DNA of 64,000 nucleotides from Octopus sinensis (Eukaryota): NCBI RefSeq assembly GCF_006345805.1, contig NC_042999.1, positions 151,156,001 to 151,220,000 of the forward strand, read 5' to 3'. Shown piece by piece: positions 13,964 to 26,856 of this stretch (position 1 is its first letter; each line of letters starts with the position of its first letter). The notes under the pieces were generated by a model. It saw only the letters and a program-made list of their open reading frames with translations, ran no database searches and was not told where the DNA came from. The position numbers and the translations under genes were made by a program.

Positions 13964-15226
13964 TCTGTACCGAATGCATCTCGTTTCAACTTTATTCCTT
14001 TGCTCCTGATTTTCCTCGGCAAATTATCTAGTCACCCACTGATATATCAGCTACGTGATCAAAGAAATCCCAACCGTGATCATCACACCGAGTTTGTTTC
14101 TCTTCTTTTTTTCTTTTTTCAGACATTGTTTATCTAGAGTTACATTATTCAATGTGATCTTTCACCTCACACTCAAAACTGTTGAGCGTAATATGAGGGA
14201 GAATCAGCTGCTTTTTCTTGCACATATAGTAACCTCCACGTAGGTAGAAAGCAGATAAAGAATCCTTTGATATGAACATCACCAAGCACTGCCAACTTCA
14301 TCATCTATAGAACCAAAACCCTATTTCCATTGGTTGGTTATACTTGTCGCTTCACCGACCCAAGGAACAATTCGTGTTGTTGCTGTTGCTGCTGCTGTGG
14401 TTGTTGTTGTTGATGATGATGATTAATCACATCAACCATCATTGAATAAAAACGCTCCAAATGCAAGGATCCAATAATTGTTTACCAATATCCAATACAT
14501 TAACCAATATGCTCTTCCTTTTTAAAACATATTTAGCAGTTATTTCTAGCAGTTTGGCCAACCACCAAGAGGATCCCCTATTTGCTCGATTGTTGTTTAA
14601 ATTTCCATTAATGACAAGACAATCTCTTGCTTGTATCAAATGTCTGCTGTCCGAAGACTTTGTTTTGATCTTGGTTTTCAACTGTCATGTCGACTGTTGT
14701 CCATTGCAGAGATGCCAGACAGGAGAAGATGCTGATCTACTTATAAAGCTTATTGTACTAAATATATAACGATGCATGGACTATATACTAATGCATTATA
14801 GACTTATCTTCTAGATATTATATACTATTGCAATGAAGGCGCGTGGCTTAGTGGTTATGGTATGTGGCTCACGATCGTAAAGTCGTGAGTTCGATTTCCA
14901 GCAGCGCGTTGTATCCCTGTGCAAGATACTTTATTTCACGTTGCTTCAATCCACTCAGCTGGCGAACATGAGCTGTAGCCGTAATTCAAAGGGCTATCCT
15001 TGTCACAGTTTGTGACAAGGCTGATTATGTGAACATTGTTCGAACAAATCGACCCCAGGACTTATTCTTTGTAAGTCTAGTACTTATTCTATCGGTCTCT
15101 TTTGCTGAACCGTTAAGTTACGGGGACGTAAACACACCAACATCGGTTAGTTAGGTTCATTCTACGAACCTACGAAACTTTAAGTTGCATGGAGCTGAGT
15201 CAAACTGTTATTAAATTACACACACA

Positions 15227-15267
<41 letters not shown>

Positions 15268-15904
15268 ACACACACACACAAACACACATACACACACACA
15301 CACACCACACATACACATACACACACATTCACCCTATGTACTCTATACTGGTATACTGTGTATTGAAATATTATGTACTATTGGTTTATATATACTGAAG
15401 TAGGGCATACAGATGCTGGTTTATGTATACTGGTCTCTCTATATATTTACCAGCAAACGTGTGTGTGTGTGTATGTGTGTGTGTGTGCGTGTGTGTGTGT
15501 ATGTGTACGTGTGTTTGCATCTATGTATGTTTACATGTATGTATAAGCGCAATCTCCCATATGAGTATTCAGTAAAGAAGACAAAACGGTTCAAACGCGA
15601 AATGATAAAAGAACAACATTGAAACAAACACAACCAGTTGGACTGGAAAAACACATCACAAACCTACAAAACAAACACATGACCAGTAAAATTACAAATA
15701 TGCAGAACTGGTTATCTACATACAAATATACCAAACTAATTAATTTTATGTTTGTTATTTACAATAGTTACATACAAGTTAATCTATTCTACTTGAACGA
15801 CTACGCATGGGTATCTTTATTATGTACGTTTATTATTTACGATATAGTTAAGTATAAATTAATATTTTATTTCATGGCTAACATATATATGTATGTGTGT
15901 GTGC

Positions 15905-15964
<60 letters not shown>

Positions 15965-16150
15965 AAGTGTTTTACAAGGCCGACAATGGGTGCAACAGGT
16001 CAATGTTATATTGTGTCGACTCAAAGGTTTTACTATATTTTGTTAACTCATTTACTTTATCAAGTCAGCCAAATATTTTAACGTAGAGGTCATCTGAAGC
16101 CACCTCCCTGCCAGTTCTTTGACCTTATGTTGATTCCCGTTCTTGTCCTT

Positions 16151-16567
16151 TGTGGTAATTTGCTTTATTCACCAAAATACAACAAAAGCAGCCTAGCTTT
16201 CGAAGTAGAGGCCACCATGTTGCGCCGTCCGAAGCCACCTTTCTGCCAGTTTTTTGATTCCACGCTGATACCAGATCTTATTCTTCGAGTCGAAGAACTC
16301 CTTCACTGAAGCTTTCACCTCCTTTTGGTCGATGGAACTTACTATGTATACTAACATACTATATACTGGTCTACTGCGACGCTTTCTCAACCAAGGCGTG
16401 GCAGAAGCTCCAACGGAGGAGTTCTTCGACTCGAAGAATAAGATCTGTTATCAGCGTGGAATCAAAAAACTGGCAGAAAGGTAGTTTCAGATGGCACAAC
16501 ATGATGGGTCTACTTCGAATGCTAGGCTGCTTTTGTTGTATTTTAGCGAATAAAACAAATTACCACA
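16151..16567. mobile_element. Fold-back of two mariner 3' ends (inverted arms 16151-16302 and 16417-16567)
   Basis: Arms are reverse complements. Each encodes EFFDSKNK..YQRGIKKLAERW (mariner C-terminus). Confidence 0.85.
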
Positions 16568-16742
16568 ATATTGCAAGGCTTTTGACTACACACAATATTT
16601 TGAGCAACACGAACGTGAAGATAGCTAGTTAAGCCAGCATTTGACCTGACTATAAAATCATAATTAAGGAATAATAGTTTACAAGATGATAAATATTTTG
16701 GTGATTTGTTTATTTGTTTATTTATTTATTTCATACAGTTAT

Positions 16743-16956
16743 TCTTTTATTCATTTATTTGTTTCAGTCATTCGACTGCAGCCATGCTGAAGCAGCGACT
16801 TTAGTCGAGCAAATCGACCCCAGGACTCATTCTTTGTATGCCTAGTACTTATTCTATCGGACTCTATTGTCGAACCGCTAAGTTACGGGGACGTAAACAC
16901 ACCAACATCGGTTGTCAAGCGATGTTGGGGGGACAAACACAGATACACAAACATAT

Positions 16957-16990
<34 letters not shown>

Positions 16991-17164
16991 ACACACACAC
17001 ACACACACATATATATACATATCACGGCCTTCTTTCAGTTTCCGTCTACCAAATCCACTCACAAGGCTTTGGTCGGCCCGAGGCTATAGTAGAAGACACT
17101 TGCCCAAAGGTACCACGCAGAGGGATTGAACCCGGAACCATGTGGTTGGTAAACAAGCTACTTT
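16743..17164 (-). mobile_element. SINE family A
   Basis: Tail-to-head alignment with an internal (CA)n tract. Confidence 0.85.
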
Positions 17165-18224
17165 ATTTCATAAATATTTGCCATGAAGGCATAACAAAGA
17201 GGGGACGAGCAAGAACAGACAAACATAAAAGAGTGAAGTAGCTGTAACGATTAAATATTTACAATTTAAAATATACAATGATTTAATAAATATGTTTATA
17301 ACTTTTGACTGAAGCGTTGCTCATTACAAATGAAATTTGTAATGTCTTCTCTGAAGGATAGGCATCCGACCACCAGGGTAGACCTCTTGCTTTTTCTTTC
17401 CTGTTTTTGGTTTCCACTTAACTGGTGCCAAACACTCCCAGCTTCCTCGCCACAGGCTTCTATCTCATGAATCTCACACAGCCACCTCTGTTATGATGGA
17501 GAATCCGTTATGCCTCAAAGTTTGCAACTTTTGTGCCATGCTGATTTCTCCAAACCATTCGTCTGCTTGCAACATCCTCCTAATTATGCATGTCTATCTT
17601 CAAGAGTTTTTAGGTAATCCTCTAATTTAATTTCTTTTTTTTTTGCATGCCAACTCTCCACTGAGTATTTAGAACTTGCTCCTCAAACTGCAAAGACACA
17701 CTTCGGGATCCTATCATTGCTCATTTGTAAAACGTGGCCATACCACTTCAATTGAGCTTCAATTAGGAACGCTTCAATACTATGGATTTTGCACATTGAA
17801 AAAATACGTGAGTATTTGTGTATGCACGTGCATGTATGTTTATTCATATGTCTGTGTGTTTGTATATATATATATATATTATATATTATATAAAAGGGCT
17901 TAGTAAAATAAATACTTTGCCGATAAGAATCATTAGAAATAGCAGCTATTTAAATGAGTTCAGTATGCGGCAAAGTAATTATTTACTAAGCCCTTTTATA
18001 TAATGTAATAATTTGAATTCGCCTGAATGTCCTTTGCATACTGAAAACTTGGTGAAATGATTAAAATTATTAATTTTGCCCTCAATTGTTGAAAATATAT
18101 TATATATATATAGTGCAGTGGCCCTAATTATATAAACTTGTGGGCCACTTTATATAAAATCTCCCCCATACACACACACACACACACACAAACACCACAT
18201 ATATATATAAATATATATATATAG

Positions 18225-18415
18225 GACGCCATGATAGATCGTTAGCTCCTACACGCATTTTTTTCTCTCCTTGTTTTTTTCTGTGTATCTTTCTGTCGAA
18301 GAGCGTAGGCTCGAAACGTAGAAGACTTTTTCTATTCCTGAGCGCTATACTAATACATTTGTTTGTTTGTACTCCACCTGCCTTCGTCTTTTGTTTATTT
18401 TCGTAAACTTTCCCT
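18225..18415 (+). repeat. Penelope-type terminal repeat with hammerhead-like core
   Basis: gaagagc-gtag-gctcgaaacgt core. Related copies at 50295-50480 (-) and 61420-61508 (-). Confidence 0.55.
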
Positions 18416-18777
18416 TTATATATATATATATATATATATCATACAAACTCACACACTTATACAGGCATGTAGGCCTTCACTATATATACATGCATGCACG
18501 CATACGCGAGCACACACACGCACACACACACACAACACACACCACACACACACACACAACACACACTTGTACAAACGTGTAGGCGTATATGGTCGTAATA
18601 GCTTTTAAATAAAAAAAACAACTAAATGAAGGCAAGACAAATAAAAACAAGGAAGCCCTAAGTAGTTTGGGTCTTTTTTAATTGATAATTCATCTGAAGG
18701 GTTTCCTGTTTGTAATATTTGCACTCCTTACTTGTTGCTTCTTGCATCAGCTTGGGCGACAATTAATACGACGCTGC

Positions 18778-18963
18778 CTTCATCATCATCATCTTCCTCC
18801 TCGTCATCATCATCGTCGTCATCATCATCATCGTCGTCATCATCATCATCATCGTCATCATTATCATAATCAGCATCGTTGTAAACGAGCCTATTCTCAC
18901 CGCCTTCATCATTACCGTCGTCGTCAACGTCGATATCATCGTCGTCGTTCGTCGTCGTCGTCG

Positions 18964-18995
<32 letters not shown>

Positions 18996-19445
18996 GTCGT
19001 CGTCACCCAGAACCAGCACCAGCATCACCACCACCACCACCACCACCAGCACCACCCTCGCTTCCTAATGCTCACGCGTCTAACTGCACGCCTAACTCGC
19101 TATATCCACTTCCTCTTCCTCCTCCATCATCATCCTCGTTGTGGTCATCATAATAATCATGATCACCATTGCCGTTGTCGTTATCGTCATCGTCGTCGTC
19201 ATTCATCATCATCACATTATCATCAGTCTCATCATCACTGTCATCTTTCACCACGAATTCCAATCTTCCTTGTACTCATGCAGCTAATGTGGCCACCACC
19301 ACCGCCGCCGCCACCACAACCACCACTGCCACCAATTTACGACCACCGCTGCCGCCGCCGCGATCACCACCATCACTACTACTACTACTACTACTACTAC
19401 TACCGCCACCACCACCACCACCACCTTCACCACCATTGCCACTAT

Positions 19446-19477
<32 letters not shown>

Positions 19478-19860
19478 TCATCATCTCCACTACGACCCCA
19501 CCACCAACACCATTACCACTACTACTACTACCACCACCACCACTACTATTACTGCCGCCACCACTATTACTACTAGTGCTACTACTACTACTACTACTAC
19601 TAGTACCACCACTTCCACCGCTACTACTACTACTACCAGCTCTACCACTACCACCACCACCAACACTATTACTACTAGTGTTACTACTACTACTACTAGT
19701 ACCACCACTTCCACCACCACCACTACTACTACCACCACCATCACCACCACATCTATCATCACCCGAACCCCTAACCACCACCACCACCACCACCACCACA
19801 TTCATCATCACCCGCACCATCTGCACATCAGCCGTACCCTCACCATCCCAACCGCATCTC
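18778..19860. repeat. Compound (CAT/CGT/CAC/TAC)n array
   Basis: Read directly from the sequence. Confidence 0.95.
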
Positions 19861-20805
19861 TATAAAACATCATCAAGTCTTAAAACAGCGTTTACCAAAG
19901 GAGGCATCGCCTCCATCTTGAAAATGAAGCACTTGGGGTTACTTGAGAAGGTGTTTTAAGAACGAAGGCCTTCTTGGGGGATTATTGTGTTTGCGGTAAA
20001 CACGCTGGAATTCCCCGTGTTCTCATCTTCTACTCATGTGGGGTCCGCCCTTATAAGTAACAGGGAGTTGGGGCGTGGGGTAGGCAAAGATGATGAAGAA
20101 TTAAAAGCAGGAAGTAGTGGAGCGGGACATTTTGAAACCTGAGAATGATCTTTATAATGGGGCTCGGCGTCAGTTCACCGACAGGAATATCGTTTTCTAA
20201 TTTTGACACAAGGCCAGCAGTTTCGGGGGTGGGATAAGTGCTCAACTGGTACATATTTTATCAACCCCGAAAGGATAAAAGACAAAGTCGACCTCGGCGG
20301 AATTTGAACTCAAAATATAAAGACGGACAAAATGCCGCTAAGCATTTTGTCCCTCGTGTTAACGGTTCTGTCACTTCACCATTAGTAATACTGAAATATT
20401 TCGTTTGTGCATTTGATTTACAAGATTCTTTATGTGAATTCGTGTGTTGAAGCATATTTTATTGTTTCTCGCTTTACTCTTTTACTTGTTTCAGTCATTT
20501 GACTGCGGCCAAATGTTTCTATGTATGTATGTATGTATGTATGTATGTATGTATGTATGTATGTATGTATGTATGTATGTTTGTAGTATGTATTGTGCAT
20601 ATTCATGTTTGTGTGTTTGCGTGTGTGTATTTGTGTGTGTAGCTCTTCTCCTGGTGTGTGCATGTTTGAGTGTGTCTAAGTGTATGTCGTTGTGTGTGGA
20701 AGTGTGCATGTATGTGTATATGGTCACGTGTTTCAGTCTTCATTTGTGTATGTATGTATGTGTGTGATACATTTTTATTTAATTATATATATATATATAT
20801 ATATG

Positions 20806-20867
<62 letters not shown>

Positions 20868-20944
20868 GATGTATGTATGTATGTAGTATGAGTATGTATG
20901 TATATATATGTGTGTGTGTGTGTGTAGTAGTATATGTATGTATG

Positions 20945-20978
<34 letters not shown>

Positions 20979-21167
20979 TAGTGTATGTATGTAGTATGTA
21001 TATACTACACCTACCCGTGACCCGTTGGGTCACCCGGAAAGTCTGAGTTTCCCAGCAATGGAGTTTTGTTTCGTGAGTTTTTTTTTCTTTTCCAGGTTAT
21101 TTAGCATGCTTTCCACGAATCTTACACTGAAATTACACGTAAATGGCCCCTTTCTCCAGAAAAGGAG

Positions 21168-21281
21168 AGATTTGGCTGCTATTTCTTGCACGCCCTGCTA
21201 TCACGTAACAGCTATTTTGGGTCCTTTATCGCAAATAGCTGTTAGTGGTAGCAGGGCGTGCTAGAAATAGCAGCTAAATCT
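21168..21281. repeat. ~50 bp-arm hairpin made from a dispersed repeat end
   Basis: agatttggctgctatttcttgcacgccctgcta.. pairs with ..tagcagggcgtgctagaaatagcagctaaatct. The same motif occurs singly at ~10645 and ~14205. Confidence 0.8.
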
Positions 21282-21338
21282 TTGGAGCTGAGATACATTG
21301 AATACAATTGAATAATTTTTGTAATGGTATTACCTTGG

Positions 21339-21933
21339 GGCGATCTTTCACTTTGATTCTCAGAGCTGTCACTTTGACTCTCAGAACTGTCATCCGGATT
21401 AGCTGGTTTTGTTCGTTAATTTCCGAAAATTTTTTATTCATTTACTTTTGTTTTAAAGTGAAAGAGAGGAGAAAAAGAAAGATGTATGAACGTGTATATG
21501 AAATGGACGTGTGTGTGTGTGTATGTGTGTGAGAGAGAGAGAGAGAGAGAATGAGAGAGAGTGCCACTTACACATACATGAGAACCCACGTTCACTCACT
21601 CACTAACACTCTCTCTCTCTCTTTCCATCTCCCTATCACACACATGCATACGTACATACAAAAAATATGTACACATGTATTCATGTATGTATGTATACAT
21701 GAGAACATACACCTTCACTCGTCTATCTCTTTATCTCTCTCTTCCTCTCTCCCTCTTTCTTTCTCTCTTGCTCTCTCTCTTTCTCTCTCTTTCACACACA
21801 TATCCATTTCAAATACACGTGCATACATCTTTCACTTTCTCCCCTCTTTCACTTTAAAAAAAGTAAATAAAAAATTTTATGGAAATTAATGAACTTCGGA
21901 TGACAGTTCTGAGAGTCAAAGCGAAAGATCGCC
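21339..21933. repeat. ~600 bp fold-back element with ~200 bp inverted arms that include microsatellite
   Basis: 21339-~21560 is the reverse complement of ~21740-21933 (gcgatctttc..ctctcagaactgtcatcc..taaagtgaaagag..gatgtatg). Confidence 0.8.
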
Positions 21934-22697
21934 ATTCATTTGAAAATAATTTAAAAACAAAAAACATAAAAATATTGCCTGTTTAAAGAAAGCTAAACTA
22001 TAAATACTTACTGTACAAACAACTTACATTTTTGAAATCACATTCAATTAAAATATTTCTAAATGATTAAAATATTGTGTACGTCAATAGGGAGCGAGAA
22101 GACTATGTGTGTGTATATGTCACAGATAGCAGACGTGTGTTTGTGTTGATTGACAAGCCATGACATTCATTATATGTGTGTGTATTCTGTATGGATGTAT
22201 ATGTGTTGACGTCACGGAAACCATGTTTTTGTTTTTCGGCAAGAAATAACAAACAAAAATTGTGTTTAATCTTTTCATTAACAGAGGTCCAACTATCTCA
22301 AAAATTTGTACTGCACTGACAACGGTAAGTATGAAAATAAATATGCAAAACAAATTAAGATAAAATATACTATTTCTGAGATATTTCGGGCACACACAAA
22401 CATCTCCAGACTTTTAGTACTATTAAGATGTGTGTGTGTGTGTATAAACATACAATCGTACACACATTCGTTTTATTTGTTTCAGGCATTAGACTGCGGC
22501 CATGCTGGGGCATCGCCTTGAAAGATTATAGTCGAACAAATCGACTCCAGTAATTTCTTTCTTTAAATCCTGGTACTTATTCTATCGTTCTTTTTTACTG
22601 AACCGCTAATCTACGGGGATGTAAACACATCAACACCGGTTCTCAAGCAGTGGCTGGGACAAAAAAGATACAAGCACACACTAATACACACTCATAC

Positions 22698-22776
<79 letters not shown>

Positions 22777-24114
22777 GATTTCTATCTGTCTGTCAGTCGG
22801 TCTCTGTCTCTATCTTTAACTCTCTCCCTCTCCCTCTCCCCTTCTCTCTCCCTTTCTCTCTCCCTCTCTCTCTCCCTTTCTCTCTCCCTTTCTCCCTCCC
22901 TCTCTCTCTCCTCCCCTCTCCCCCTCTCTCTCTCCCTCTCTCTCTCCCTCTCTCTCTCCTTCTCTCCCCCCTCTCTCTCTCTATATATATATACACATAT
23001 TTAAAATTTGCCAGTCTTGTACCTAAATCAGAAAGGTAAGTCGGCTGAAATGTTAGAGCTTTGGTAGAATGCCTCACGATATCTCTTCAGGATTTTTATG
23101 TTCTTAGTTCAAACATTACCGAGGGTGATTTTGCCTTTAATCCTTTCAGGATCGATAAAATAAAGTAACAATCTATATTGATTTCTTTGCCAGTGAATGT
23201 TACCTGATGTTTTAAATCAAAACTAAAAGGCACTAACTTCAGTCGTATACCTGCGCGCGCGCGTGTGTGTGTGTGTGTGTGTCTAAGGCCGTTAAGCACA
23301 GTAAATATGTGTTGTATGTATAAATGTATATATAAGATATATAAATATATATATAATATATATATAAAATATTATATATATATATATATATATATCTATA
23401 TATGCTTAGCTTTTGTCAATTTAGTTTGACTTCTGTTTGCATGCGCGCGCACAGTATATGTCCCACTTCCCTTTACATTTAGAAAGCTTTTAATAACCAA
23501 AACACATTGCATTTTGTGAGGTAACAAAATGTTTTGAATATCATGAAACCATTAACGAAAAAAAAATGGAGTACTACTTAAAGCATTTCTTATTACCATG
23601 CATTCATCATGGTAAGTTGCATCTAATATTTTTTTACTCTTGTTTCATTAACATGAAAGTCCACGAAACTCGTTTCTTTTAACGATGGCTTCCATCGAAG
23701 CTTCAGGACGCCGCTTCTCCTTTAGACATTACGAAATTATCGATTTTTATAAGCTGTTTATCTGTTGGTGCTGTGCTTGTCGTCGTCGTTGTTGTTCAAC
23801 CTCAAGCGACCCCTGATTGTGCACACCTATGATTAAAATCGTTCCGGTCACCATCAGCCCCTCTTTTATTGAGACAGAATATATCTAGCATTGCAAAAAC
23901 CTATCTGCCTTTCACTTCCTAAAAATGCCCTTCATTTTTCCTGCATGTTGTTTGTTGGATGCTATTTGCATCCGCCGAAGTGGCCAGACAAAGGCTCTCT
24001 CTCCACTTCGCCATTTTCTGTTATTTGAACACCATTTATTTATTTGGTTCGAGTTGTGTTCTCGTCATAAAGATAGGAAACAACTTGAACTGTATTTTTA
24101 ATTTTTATTTTTTT

Positions 24115-24930
24115 TACTCTAGGCACAAGGCCCGAAATTTTGGCAGAGTAGGGAAGTGGGATAGTCGATTAGATCGACTCCAGTACGCATTTGGCCCTGA
24201 TTTTATCGAGCCCGAAAGGATGAAAGGCAAAGTCGACCTCGGCGGAATTTGAACTCAGAATGTAAAGGCAGACGAAATGCCGCTAAGCATTTCGCCCGGC
24301 GTGCTAACGTTTCTGCCAGCGAGACAATTTTTTCTACTCAAGCACAATGCCCGAAATTTTGGGGAGGGGGCCAGTCGATTAGATCGACCCCAGAATGCAA
24401 CTGTTCCATAATTTATCGACCCCGAAAGGGTGAAAGGCAAAGTTGACCTCGGCAGAATTTGAAATCAGAACGTAGACAGACGAAATACCGCTAAGCATTT
24501 CGCCCAGCGTGCTAAAGTTTCTGACAGGAAACAATCTTTTCTACTCTAGGCACGAAGCCCGAAATTTTTTTGTGGGTGGGGGGCAGTCGATTAGATCGAC
24601 CCCAATACAAAACTGGTACTTATTTATCGACCCCGAAAGGATGAAAGGCAAAGTCGACGTCGGCAGAATTTGAACTCAGAACGTAAAGACAGACGAAATA
24701 CCTATTTCTTTACTGCCCACAAGGGGCTACACACAGAGGGGACAAACAAGGACAGACAAACGGATTAAGTCGATTATATCGACCCCAGTGCGTAACTGGT
24801 ACTTAATTTATCGGCCCCGAAAGGGTGAAAGGCAAAGTCGACATCGGCGGAATTAGAACTCAGAACGAAAAGGCAGACGAAATACCACTAAGCATTTCGC
24901 CCGGCGTGTCAAAGTTTCTGCCAGCGAGGC
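24115..24930 (-). repeat. Tandem head-to-tail array of SINE B units
   Basis: Units at ~24115-24325, 24328-24535 and 24536-24930 (the last a linker dimer), with similar ga(g/a)(a/g)caat junctions. Ends at the N gap. Confidence 0.85.
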
Positions 24931-24948
24931 AATAATGATAGCATGGCT

Positions 24949-25048
24949 NNNNNNNNNNNNNNNNNNNNNNNNNNNNNNNNNNNNNNNNNNNNNNNNNNNN
25001 NNNNNNNNNNNNNNNNNNNNNNNNNNNNNNNNNNNNNNNNNNNNNNNN
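24949..25048. other. Assembly gap (100 N)
   Basis: Run of exactly 100 N. Confidence 1.
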
Positions 25049-25326
25049 TTCATAAAGCTTCCCGTTATATATATATATATATATAATATTAGAAGAAATA
25101 AGGTACTCAGAAATCTAGATGTTTTACATTTACAGATTTTTATAATATGTCACATGTTTTTATAAATCATATATATTAGCGCTTGCATCCACTCTAGTGG
25201 ATTCTTCAGATTTGAATTTTTTGAGAAGATTCGTCTCTTTTATAGTATTATTGAGAGTGTAGGGGTGGAGAGAGATATGGGATAGTAAAAGAGGGTGAGG
25301 AATGGGGAGAAAGTGAGAGTGCGTGC

Positions 25327-25367
<41 letters not shown>

Positions 25368-25574
25368 TTTGTATCAGATAGCGTTTCGGCAAAAGAGACC
25401 GACAGAATAAGTACTAGGCTTACAAAGAATAAATCCTGGGGTCGATTTGCTCGACTAAAGGTGGTACTCCAGCATGGCCACAGTCAAATGTCTGAAACAA
25501 GTAAAAGAGAGACAACACTAATGGGTTTTATATTATTTTGTTATTGCTTTATTTCATATTTCTTATTTTCCAGA

Positions 25575-26030
25575 TGGCCGGTCTCTTGACTGCTGAGCAG
25601 CACGCTATGAAGTGTGGAATTCCAATGTTTTGGTTCAGAGATGGTGGCGTGAGAGAAAAGGTAAGCATGCAACACTACGTCCGGAGATAATAAAAAGTTG
25701 TCATGCAAAGCTGATGACTACGGGTTCTGTGAACGATACAAGAAGCGGAGAACGTGACAACAGTGCAAAAATTGTTTAATCGCAGCCCGCAAAAAATCAA
25801 CACGTAGAGCAACTCGTGAAGGTGAACTAACAAGACACAATACGTTCGGTGTTGCATAAAGAATTGAATTTTCGTCGGTGGAAACTCCATTACGTACGTG
25901 TATGAGCTGATGGAACGACGCAGACTTTATGAATGGCCTCCAAGAAGTCCACATGTGATTTTTGCCTCTGGGGTTACACAAAAGAGGTGTACAAGACAAA
26001 ACCTCGCACACTGGAGGCAGGGCCATCGTT
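25575..26030 (+). mobile_element. Internally deleted Tc1/mariner-superfamily transposase fragment (DUF4817-type N-terminus)
   Basis: VLVQRWWRE..HAKLMTTGSVND, FNRSPQKSTRR, WPPRSP and DFCLWG..VYKTKPRTLE read across frameshifts. Confidence 0.7.
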
Positions 26031-26249
26031 AAGCCTCTGCAACTCGCAGGGTGCCTCCGCGGTTGAAGGGCCCCATGTTAAGATCAATGTACGTAGATAA
26101 GTCAGCTATTTACTTAGGTTAAAATGTTGAACAAGAATTAAACTATGTTAACTGAAAATTTCAAGAAATAAAATGGTAATGCATTCTACCTGCAAAAGTT
26201 CTTGTAAAAATATCATACTGTACCACGAACGTGTACGAGACTTTCTGGA

Positions 26250-26348
26250 TTATCTATGATATCTATTGAACACAAACTTAGCTCAGCTTGATTATTCTGA
26301 AGTGATCGATAATTTCGCGAAGCGAAAAGTGCGCCGTGTTTGTCTTTG
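26250..26348 (+). mobile_element. hAT transposase C-terminal (dimerisation) fragment
   Basis: LSMISIEHKL..LDYSEVIDNFAKRKVRRVCL* matches the SIE..ID.FA..K.R motif. Confidence 0.55.
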
Positions 26349-26856
26349 AAAGTTGCCTAAATTATAAATGTGCTCTTTTATTCATATCTGGAAGTTTTAC
26401 TTATTAGAATTTGTAATAGAGACCTAAATAAATTTAATTCGTTGTGCTTTTAAAGATGTTCTTTAAGATAACATGAAATAATGAACATCAGATAGAATAA
26501 AGTAAAATATAGCTATGAATAAAAGGAGCACAGATTATAAATTTGGATTGAAGGGATGGGACCACGAAAAAAAAAACGGACAATATCACACAAATCCAAT
26601 AAAAATAAAAACAGGACATAACACCATTGTTGATATGCTCTTAGCTTGGGGGAAGTGGGGATGAGTTGATTACATCGACCCCAGTGTTCAATTGGTACTT
26701 ACTTTATTGACCCCAAAAGGATGAAAGGCAAAATCGATTACGGCGGAATTTGAACTCAAAACGTAGCAACAGGCGAAATAGCGCTAAGCATTTCGCCCGG
26801 CGTGCAAACGATTCTGCTAGCTCGCCGCCTTAATAATAGAAATAATAATAATAATA

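Noticed and set aside
14123-14137. Alternative terminal exon (TLFI*) behind a very strong acceptor
   Set aside because: It lies in a dispersed repeat (acattattcaatgtg..gctgct..ttct) also seen at ~10530-10680 and ~23820. The nearer acceptor at 13925 is preferred.
18682-18780. Signal-peptide-like ORF start
   Set aside because: Begins at TTG with no ATG and runs directly into a microsatellite.
19068-19865. Long His/Thr/Pro-rich ORFs (also 8009-8428, 10930-11558, 36286-37059, 46110-46724 and similar)
   Set aside because: Translations of tri- and tetranucleotide microsatellites, open in several frames and on both strands.
20041-20085. GC box + TATA-like promoter
   Set aside because: Isolated short motifs with no associated transcript evidence; expected by chance.
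24115-24930. Regularly spaced repeats resembling a CRISPR array (also 47985-48672)
   Set aside because: The units are SINE bodies with constant linkers, not unique spacers. Eukaryotic context, no cas genes.
24853-25165. ORFs containing X runs
   Set aside because: Artefacts of the 100-N gap.
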